A DNA stretch of 62,692 nucleotides from Ancylonema sp. (Eukaryota), in the NCBI GenBank assembly GCA_050230475.1, contig JBFLGF010000165.1, forward strand, positions 1 through 62,692, in the 5' to 3' direction. This document shows, piece by piece, positions 1 to 10,191 of this stretch. The notes beneath the pieces were generated by a model. It made no database searches, was not told the DNA's origin, and worked only from the letters and a program-made list of their open reading frames with translations. Numbering within the stretch: position 1 is the stretch's first letter; every line of letters begins with the position of its first letter. The position numbers were made by a program, and so were the translations under genes.

Positions 1-97
1 TTTGCCTTTTTGCCTTTTTGCCTTTTTGCCTTTTTGCCTTTTTGCCTTTTTGCCTTTTTGCCTTTTTGCCTTTCTGCCTTTCTGCCTTTCTGCCTTT
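1..97. repeat. (TTTTTGCC)n / (TTTCTGCC)n tandem repeat, probably intronic
   Basis: Directly visible tandem 8-9 bp units; explains the FAFLPFCL ORF. Confidence 0.9.
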
Positions 98-159
98 CTT
101 CTTTTCTGCCAATTCGCATGTGAACCTAATTGTACTTGTTTCCTTTTTGCCGGCGGCAG

Positions 160-288
160 AACTACGTGAACAAGTGCATCGTCATGCCCATCGCCACAGC
201 CAAGCTGCAAATTGCGCCGGCTGTGGGAAAGATGCCGGCAAAATTCATTTTCATCAACCACGGCGATAACAACAAGAACTACCCGGAG
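160..288 (+). CDS. Possible internal exon of an unidentified upstream gene
   Basis: Open frame NYVNKCIVMPIATAKLQ...KNYPE flanked by cag| and |gtatgg; no family recognised. Confidence 0.3.
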
Positions 289-1301
289 GTATGGATAGAA
301 TCGAAGGTTGCTCAGAATATTTTTCAATGCTGGAGCAATCATATGGATGACTGTCTCTTTGATTTAACATTGATTTTGATCATTTTATGCATGTTGAATA
401 TGAAACCCTCATGTCACAATCTCAGCACTCATGAATGTATCATAGGGGATAACAACTCAAGAGGGAGCGTGGGGTAGGAAGAACAGAATTGCCGCTCTAT
501 CATCCGAAAATAGTGATGTTGAGGGTTCTCTTATTTTGCTTGTCCCTCTTGCTTGCAGTCGCGTCGGTGCGTGGTTTTCACCACCAACAACGCCTAGATG
601 CGCATTTCGTGTTAATTATTTGAGACCAAACGTTTGTTTCGACCAAGTTCTTGTCCCGTGCGTTTTTGTCGCTTGTTCTAGCTTCTTAATTTTTGGTAGA
701 GGCTCTGGGGGGTTAGAGTTGGTACGAGGTGGTTCAATGCTTTGACCTGTTCTTGTGGGTGTGATGAGTATGAGGAGCTTGCAATCAATTAGACGTGTAC
801 AAGATGTTGTGGTATGTGAAAGACAATGATGTAGGAGGGAAGAGTATGAGAAACTCGCGCATGATGATGTGATTAAGGTCGAAGATTGTGTAAATTTTCA
901 ATCTTGTATCTTATATTCGTATAATTTGCTATGAGTTCATGACCCAGTAGTATTTGTTTTCTTACATGTATATGTGAAGATGATTATGCAACATAATATC
1001 CGAAAAGTGCAGAGTAGTATAAATGCATTAAAATTGTGGGAAATGATGAAGCATCAAATCTCTAATTTTAGCATTAAATAACAAAAACATCATCGACAAC
1101 ACATGTATCCAATCATTACATTACAAGATGTAATAATAATGTGATTGTTTGTTACAATCGCGTGTGAATAGATAGGTAATTATCTAATCATCGACATGCC
1201 TATCTCCCTGCCATACCTTATGGACACTAGCTTATCTCATACTGATAAAAAATGACATATTAATGCACCTCTAGACAGTTGAGTCTTCGTTTGTCCAAGG
1301 A

Positions 1302-4300
1302 TCACTCTATGTTGAAGATGTATGATTGGTCGAAGAAACCAGTTCTGTACCCCACCCAAAAGACAAGGTTAAAATGCATCAATAGGGGCGCATACTCATT
1401 CCACATGGCCTTTTGAATGGTAATTATTAGATCATTTCAGGTTCACCCATGGATGAGAGGCATGAAAGCACTTCACCTTCATATCTTGTCTTCTCTTTTC
1501 ATCTTATTCGAACAATTCGTATGCTTTAAGGTTGTGATGATAGCTTTTTTGGCAGAGGGAGTACCCATCTTTCCCGGAGAATATTGGGTCGAAATTATAG
1601 ATCAACATGGCGTCTCGCTCCCTTTCGCTCGCAGGCGCATGGGTTGACTTCCTTGCCTCACTAAACAAACGCAAATGCAAATGCCACGTCAATGTCTCCG
1701 ACCGTAACAGGCAACATTTTTTCGGAAAAGTAGAAACCAGTGAATCGGAAGTCAAGAACTATCTTCCTTGGGAGCAATTCAATACATTGTTTCCACATTT
1801 GTGACGAAGAAAAAACGAGATTTGCGACCATTTCTGAAGAAAGGAAAACAGGCACACACACACACACACATTGCAAAAAAACATACACAAGCCTAAAAAC
1901 AACAACACAAATCGAAACAAAGTGGAAAAGGGTTTTTGTTTCTCACTTAATGAAAAAGTTAGCCGTAGCTTGGGTGACCAATAACGCCTCTGCCGAATGC
2001 GGAATCTCAGACAGCCCCCATTCGTATGCGGGTTTTTCGGGGTGCCATTGGGTAGCGTACACGGGGTGATCTCTCCCCTCTATTGTGGACACATATACCT
2101 ATACTCCAGGGGGGGGGGGGGGGGATCGAATCAGATGATAATGGAATCGGAGGAAATTGGTGCTTACTCCGAGACCTAACAAAGGATGTCAGATTGTGTG
2201 TGTGTGTATTAATTAGTATGTATGTATTTATGTATGTACGTATGTATGTATATATGTATGTATGTATGTACGTATGTATGTATGTATGTATGTATGCATA
2301 TGTATACACATGAAGCTGATGGTTTATGAGAAATAGACCTACAAAATCGACACATTTACGATATGGGTTTATGATAGTTTTTTGCATGTTTAGGTTTAGG
2401 TTTGGATACATACTTAGGAACATCCACGTTGTATCATACCTTAGTCCCACAAGCATGCAGCACATAACTAATTCACACACAAAATAAATTCAACATATCC
2501 CCAAAAGAAGTAAAGTAATCCAGAAGAAACCGCCCACCCAAAGAAAAAACCATGAGGACAAAGAAAAAAAAAACGAAGCAAATTGGAAAGAAGAAGAAGA
2601 AAACAACTCCCAACATCAAAACATCCCACCCACAAATCATCAGCTCCTCACCTTCCCCGTCCTGTCCGTTGTGGTTGTGAGCACCGAAAAAAATCGCGTC
2701 AGTCTCAAATCGCCCAAAAACTTTTCGATGGTGTTGCCATCTTGATGGTTCTCGATCGTGAGTGGCTGCTCCTCCAAACGGTCGCGAACGCTCTCCGGCA
2801 ACCACGAAAAGTAGGATCGCTTTTTGGCCTCGGGGGAAACGAAAGTGAGAGTGGTGGCGTGGTTTTTGGAGTCGAATTCTTCTTCTTGGAGGAAACCCAT
2901 GTCCTAAGACACACACGTGATCAAGGTTTAGGGTTTTAGGCCGAAGGTTTGAGGTTGAGGGTACAAATTAAAAAGTTGCTATTTTTCCTTCTGGAGCGAT
3001 TGAGATATTTTTGGGAGGAAATGAGCGGTTGAGAGGATTCGACTTATTCGAGATTTTGGCGGAACACAAGAAAGTATTCCGCATCTATTCCCAGAATCAG
3101 CAACCATCACACTTTTTTCTGTATTTCCTGATTTTTTCGATTTATTGTTTTAGTTGTGCTAGTCATATTTTTGTCTCTTGTTTCTTGTATTGTATCCCCT
3201 AACAACATTCTAGTTCAAAAATAAAAATAAAAATAAAATCATGAAAGTTTAATGTCATACATTCAATGTTGATGTCATTGTGCAATGTGTACTTCGTCCG
3301 ATTTGCGCCAATTTTTTTCAAAAAAAATACCTTTGAAACCAGAAGTGTGATCAACTCCATCCCCAAACACGTCCCTTGAACCGGAAAGTAATCTCCCCTC
3401 TCATTCGATTCCAGCGCCCACTGCCACCCCTCAAAATCGATAATGAGCACATCGACCCTCCGCCCACCCTTTGCATGTGTAGCGAGATGCGGATGTGAGT
3501 TGTTGCACTCACTTCAAGATGTCTTCGTTGAGAACACACACACACACAAATGCGATCAAACGTTTCGCACCCCCCTTGTCACACGACATTCAGAATTTCT
3601 GGATCAGATTCGGAATCTCGGCTTTTTTTTATTTGTTTTTATTTGGTCTGGATTTTCTGGATTTCTGGATTTTCTATCCATGTGTACCCAAAACGAGACA
3701 TCCGTTTTTTGGCCATATCAAACCCTCAAAAAGATGTGAAACTGTTGTTTTGGGTTTTGTCGACTGGGTTTCCACAAAATATTCAAACAAAATGTACACC
3801 ATCATCCAAATTAGAATATGCTTCGAAAAATCATATTGTTAAGCGTGTCATCATCATCGCTTTTCTCCAGCGATCATCAAAGGTTAGACATCGGACACAT
3901 GAGAGATGATGTGACGATGATGTACATGTATATGTATATATATATGATAGATTCACATACCTTTCAATTTCATCTAAAAATACACACCAAAATCATCTTA
4001 CTTCATACATATGCTCAATGATCAATGCATTTGATCCAAAAAAAAAAACAAACGTTATATATGATATATGTTATGGGGAAAATATATATGTATATATATA
4101 TATATTGTGTAAGATATAGAGAATTTTTACATGTTTTCAGAATGAACATTTTCGTACTTTCCATAATTTGGATGCAGTCCGGAAATACGGGCCCTTGACT
4201 AAATTAGTCCCCCCCCCCGGGAACAGGAGACCGTTGATGGACTCAAATTTCTGGACCAAAAAGTTCGAGAAATGGGGGGGAGGGATGGGGCTGTTAGGTG

Positions 4301-5340
4301 CGAGGCAAGCCATAAATCAGACGAGAGGAGTTTCCCCCTCTAACACAATTGCCAAAGACTCCGGAAACGAGTCCAAGCCTTTCAAGAGTTGGATTTTAGA
4401 GCTTGACAACGATTGGTGGCCTGGTGGCAGGCCCCAGTTCAAACCACCTTCCGGAAGCTTCCAGAAGGTTCCAGGAAGCTTCCGGCAGTACCTGACCTCA
4501 TCCGGTGTGTGTCAAAGGTTCTTTCGACACACTCTCAACGACGAAGCAAGCAGGAACTGAATTGTACTCTCATTCTCTCTACCCGTTATGGTCACATCGA
4601 TAATCCTAGACATCCTGAATAGTGACTATACCAAGTAGGGACTGTACTCGAATGCTTTCCCCTCCTCCAAAACGCTGCAGCAGAAACGGACATTACCGCC
4701 TCTGCCTCCCCCTTCCAAGCGGATAATAATACTATTACGGTGATATGATTCATACAATAAAGAACAGATATTCAAAGCCGTTCCTATACATACCAACATA
4801 AAAAACTAAATCACTTGAAGACACTTTTCATCTGATACCCGTGCATTTTGTGAGCAAAGACCAGAATCGGTTGGAGGTTTTCGTCACCGATGCGCAAAGA
4901 GTGATTTTAAAGCACTCAGTTGCAGTAGACACTTTCGTTATAACGGGGCCAGCCATCCCCTAAAGAGGTATGAGAGATCGTTGTAATGATATCGATGCGG
5001 ATGCGAGGCTCACTTTTCGCAGGACCTCTTCTGGCTCGTTGTATATCAAAGGAACCGCACGTGCGCCAGCCATTTCTACCCATTTAACGTATGAAGCCGC
5101 TATATACGAATAGTTCAGAGGGTTCGTCACTGTGAGAAGCTTGCCGTCGATTGTCTCTCCTCCGTCGCCATCGCCCGGTTGAGACAAAATGCCAATCAAT
5201 GGCTGGAAATTGACGACTTGCGCGTTTGGAATGTCGTGGACAGCACCAGAGTCGGTTTCGGAGGGCAGAAGGAGGGTGCGGCCGTTAGCTGACGTGGCGA
5301 AAGCGGTCAAAAGGATGAAGAGGGAACAGAAACGAGGCAT
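1302..5340 (-). CDS. GGH: Gamma-glutamyl hydrolase (peptidase C26), 7 exons, with signal peptide
   Basis: Exons 5340-5014, 4250-4158, 3420-3331, 2903-2652, 2098-1947, 1660-1565, 1344-1302, all GT-AG and phase-compatible. Motifs [41 protein letters not shown] (catalytic Cys), QWHPEK (catalytic His), FDQSYIF. Confidence 0.93.
2216..2310. repeat. (TATG)n microsatellite in a GGH intron
   Basis: Directly visible. Confidence 0.9.
4292..4944. mobile_element. Solo-LTR-like insertion in GGH intron 1
   Basis: Starts TGTTAG, ends TTATAAC, flanked by GGGGC direct repeats (4287-4291, 4945-4949); internal CCGGAAGCTTCC...GGAAGCTTCCGG inverted repeat. The canonical terminal CA is lacking. Confidence 0.4.
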
Positions 5341-6881
5341 TGTGATCGGCGGAGCACTGATTCTGATCTTCACGGAAAAGTGTGGCAGCTGGAAAAATTC
5401 TGGAGCTGAAGGTGAATGAGACTCAATCGGCGAAAAAAAACGAATTGTACGGTGGAGTCGATCAGAATAACGTGACGTCAATAAAATTGTGCCTCCTAAA
5501 CGGAGACTGCTCCGTCGTCGGAAAGACACGTTAGCATTGAACTCTAACGACGGAAGGGTTGTGGATTTCAACTGGAGGGAATGGTTTTATTGCGAAATGG
5601 CGACGATGAGAGCGAGTGAGGTCGACAAGTTGTTATGTCGGGAAAGACATTGACAGTGGAAGAGAGTGGATGTGTGAGGAGCTCCCACTCTGACACTTCG
5701 ACACAGGTGACAGAAAGCTGATCTGACGGTCAATCTGAAAGGAAGAAGATTATGGACGTCAGAGACGTCCTCGCGGGGAGTAGGGCACGTGGGCACATAC
5801 CGTACGATGGTGTAATGGCATACGGCGTTAAGTGAAGTATAAATGTATACGTGGCAAGCACACATTGGCGTAAAGTATCATTTTCAGTACTTGGCAATAG
5901 TGATACTCGTACAAACACGGCACATTTTCTATTCGCTTCACGTGGCAACTGGATTCCGTCTGGATTTTTACTTGTCCACTACATTATCCACTACATGATT
6001 TACTTGTCCTACGCGTATACGTGAAGCAGGTCACCAGCGATGTGGATATGTCATTCCACGTCGGTTGTGACACGGGACAACACGGGACTAAATCAGCGGG
6101 GATGGGTCTAGCTAATTTCAGGTCAGCTAGGCATTTTTGAGCCTGTCTCAATGGAATGTGTCTCACATGATCTGGAGTTGTCGAATGACACCTAGAATTT
6201 GTGGACTAAACTCCTCGATACACCACGTGGCAGCTATGTTGTGGTCATTTTTAGATTTGACTTTTACTGAATCAATCGATTGCTTATTGCATATATCTCA
6301 TTGGTTGAACCAATTTTGAACCAACATGTATTTCTCCGTAATTTTGTTAGCTGTACTACTGAATTACGTCAGCCGGTCACCGATTTTGGACCATTTTATT
6401 TCAGGGGTTTTCCCATATGAGGGGGTTGAAACGTGGTGGCGACTTGTCGGCGCTGCGTGGCGCGATACCACGTGGCATTTTGGCGCAATTCTAGATGCTA
6501 GATGAAATTGAATGAAAATAAATGATTGCCTATGCCAATCCTGACACCACCACCAAGCAGTGGTGGTCACCTCCCAAATATGCTCCAACTGCGGTTCGAT
6601 AATGTCGGGATGATACGCGATACGCAGTGCATAGAAATGATCGGGGTCGCCACATGTGCGCCACCTTTTGTGCGCTGCATTTCACGAACATCCCGCTGGC
6701 GATCGTATGTATGTAGTACAATGCGCGGAGAAGGCGGGCATCGCCATCGCTGACTTCTATGGACTGGCCACTTGTATTGCTGCATTCTTCAGAAGTGCAA
6801 TCATTCCTACGTGAGCTGTGAGCTAAATGGCCGTCAGAACGTATCCGTGCTCTCCGCTTAATCTGCAAATCTAGTGCCGCC
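5341..6881. promoter_or_regulatory. Divergent intergenic/promoter region GGH <- -> FAM21-like, rich in G-box/ACGT motifs
   Basis: Head-to-head ATGs at 5340 (-) and 6882 (+); CACGTG at about 5787, 5939, 6224 and 6468 plus several ACGTGG/ACGTC. Confidence 0.5.
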
Positions 6882-8993
6882 ATGGATGCGCTGGCGGGTG
6901 AAGCGGGGAAGTGGACTCTCTCGTCGGACAAACAGGTATTCCCAAAAATAGTCACTTTCGACAAATTAATTCAGTCCCTAAAGATTATGTAAATATGTAT
7001 ATGTACATGTTAATCGATGCATATACATTATTTCCCTTGTTAAAATTATAACCGGTTTTTAACTATTAAACGTAAATCTTGACTTAAATTTGTTGCCCAA
7101 TGTAGTTCCCCTGTTGCGATTCATCGGGCTTCATACCCTCCCTAAATAAGGCACGTCCTGAGATGACGTGGCACTGTCTTTTTGCGTGGCTCTACATTGG
7201 CATCACAAATCTCACATGATCATAAACAAATATGAATACGTTGATAACGACACCCTCAAGTCGTTGTATCGGATCAACGTGTCGTACCCGAATACGTTCA
7301 TTATGTTTGCAGGCAATGGTGTGATAGAATCCCTGGTCATCCGGTTAACCTCCTCTCCCATCCGCCCTGCATGCAGCTTCTTGTTTGGCTGCAAGGATTC
7401 TCGACTCGAGTGGAGCAGCGCAGCCGTGACGTGTCGACACGTGTCAGCACTCTTATGGCGCAGGTGGCCTCCCTGGATGCCACCTTGCAGAGGAGCACCA
7501 ACCACGTCCTCTCCCTGGCCTCCACTCGCTACATGGAAAGCGTAAGACCTGAACCCGAACCTGAACCCGAACCGGAACCTGAACCGGAACCCGAACCTGA
7601 ACCTGAACATGAACCTGAACCTGAACCTGAACCCGAACCTGAACCCGAACCGGAACCTGAACCGGAACCGGAACTGGAACCTGAACCTGAACCTGAACCT
7701 GAACCTGAATCTGAGCCGGGGTGAGGATGTCTGAGCCATATGGAGCAGAGGTTCAGTTTCAGAAGGTGGAGGCAGCAAGACTTCTTATAACTTTTTTATT
7801 TTTTTTAATGACTTTTTGGTTGTGTTTGGGGGTATATTTGTAGCCTCAATCGGAGCGTTCTGATTCGGGTACCTCTGATTTTCTCATCGTTTTGATTCTC
7901 TGTCTCGAATGAAACGAAAACCTGAAGCTGCAAGGGGTTGCGTAACCAGTTTTTCCAGTATCAACATATAAAAATATCCTGCATGAGTGCGGGATTATTT
8001 GCGAAAACGTGTCAAATCACATGTCCACATACAATTCAGTCCAATTATGAACATGTCAATAAAGGCACGGGGTTCATTTCCTTTTTCCAGCGTGTGGAAG
8101 AGGAAGTGGACTCAGTCACCACCAGTGGTACCCTGCCACCTCAGCCATCCGTGACAGCTGGCATTGTGTCAGAGGAGAATGTCCACAGGAGATACGCTAC
8201 AGCAGCTCAGGCGGGATGGAAGGCAGTTCAGGTGGCCCTGCAACAGAGCCAGGAGGTTTCGACAGAGGGGTTGCAGGCGCAGTTGAACGCCAGGGGGGCT
8301 ATGTTGATGGTGAGAAGGGGTTGGGCAGGGGGGGGGGTCCTGAAAATTAAATTATGAGAAAAAAACCAGAAACCAAAAACCAAAAAATTAGCCCCTGAAA
8401 GTCTCCCCTCCTCCCCCTCCTCCCCCTCTCCCCCCCTCCCCCCCTCCAGGAGGACCCCCCCCACCGTCCGCTGCCACATGTCATCGGCACAGAGGCCTTC
8501 GCATACGACATGGAGTGCGGGCTGGGAGAGGCAGGTCAGGCTCTCACCCTTGTTGAGCCGACTAGGGTGTACGCTGTAGGGTATGACGTTTAGGGTTTAA
8601 CGTTTAGGGTTTAAGGTCAAGGGTCGAATGTCAAGAGATGAGGGTTTAGGGTTCAGGGTTCAGGTTCAGGTTGTGGTTGTCGGAATTTAGGGTTCAGGGT
8701 ACACCCATACGAGCTTTTCTTTTTTAGGGTTTTTAATAGCAACCATATTTCCTAGGGTTTTAGGGCGTAGAAATAAAGGTTCGGGTTTTGAGAGGCGTAG
8801 GTCTCTCTGGTCGTGGGGCCTCCAGATGCGTCTGAAAAGTGAGCGAAGGGCGGTGAGTGTACCGTCTGTTCTGAAGAGACACACGGGAAGAGATGTGTCC
8901 GAAAACTAAAGACAAGTAAAAAGAAAGGATGAGCAGCAATCAAAGAAAGGAAGAAATATTGACAACAGATGGATCATATCACTGATATGTATG

Positions 8994-9058
<65 letters not shown>

Positions 9059-10159
9059 ATATATATGTATATTTATATGTATATATATGTATATATATGT
9101 ATATGTATATGTATATGTATATATATGTATATATATGTATATGTATACTGACCACATCACTCATGATCTCAGTGTCAGCAGAAGCATCGAGGTAAGAACC
9201 TGAACCAGAACCTGAACCAGAACCTGAACCAGAACCTGAACCAGAACCTGAACCGGAACCTGAACCGCTGCGTGACCCAACCTCGGTTATCGGTTCTTGG
9301 GTGCAGCCGCACACGACTACTCCCTCCGCAGGCGGGGGGGGTTGAGACTCGCCAACCGCCTGGGGGGGGTGGAGGCGGAGGCTGGGTGGATGGAGGGATC
9401 CGAAATGGGGGAGGTGAGAGGGGGTGGGGGGTAGGGTTTAGTGTGGGATTGAGGGATCTCGGGTTTGTAGGGCTTGTAGGGTTTTTAGGGTTTATGGGGT
9501 TTTGTGGATTTAGGGTTCCTGCAGTTTACAGACTTTGGAGTCTAGGGCTCGAGGGTCGTTGGGTTTAGGTTTCGAATTAAAAAGGATTCAGGGTTTAGAG
9601 TTCGATCACATTTTATTGTGTGAGAATAGGGCTCAGAGTTCAGGGTTTGGGGTTTGGAGTGGGGGGGGGGGAACTGGTTTTGGGTTTTGGGAACAGAGAG
9701 GCAAAGGGGGCTCCGGGGTTTTGGTGGGTGCCAGGTGGCGGAAGCAGAGTTCGACAGGTGGAGTTCGGACGAAGAAGCAAATGATGGGCGCCAGGTGGCA
9801 GCCTTTCAGTGGAGCGAGGCCATGGGCAGTCTGGAACCTTACGTTTCGGCAGCGTTGGGGTTTAAGGACATGCTGGAAGCAGCGCTAAGAGCGCCTGAGG
9901 AAGCCTGTGAGGGGAGACTTGGACCTCCGCCCCCCCCCACTCCCTCCTTTGCCCTGCTAGCCCCGTTGCCAGATACACCGAAGGGGGAGCAGAGGAGAAG
10001 AAAGAAAAATGGCGGATGTGCAAATCCACAGAAACGAAACCCGTAAAACAAAATGATGATGATGATGATGATTGTTATTATTATTATTATTATTATTATA
10101 ACATTAATAATTATTATTATATTAGTACTAATAATAAAAATAAAAATAAAAATAATAAA

Positions 10160-10191
<32 letters not shown>

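Noticed and set aside
7212..7778. EPEPEP / FRFRFR repeat proteins
   Set aside because: Translations of an intronic hexamer array that starts after a canonical donor.
8906..9203. YIYIYI and IIII/NNNN ORFs (also 10016-10423 and 56590-57053)
   Set aside because: Micro- and minisatellite translations.
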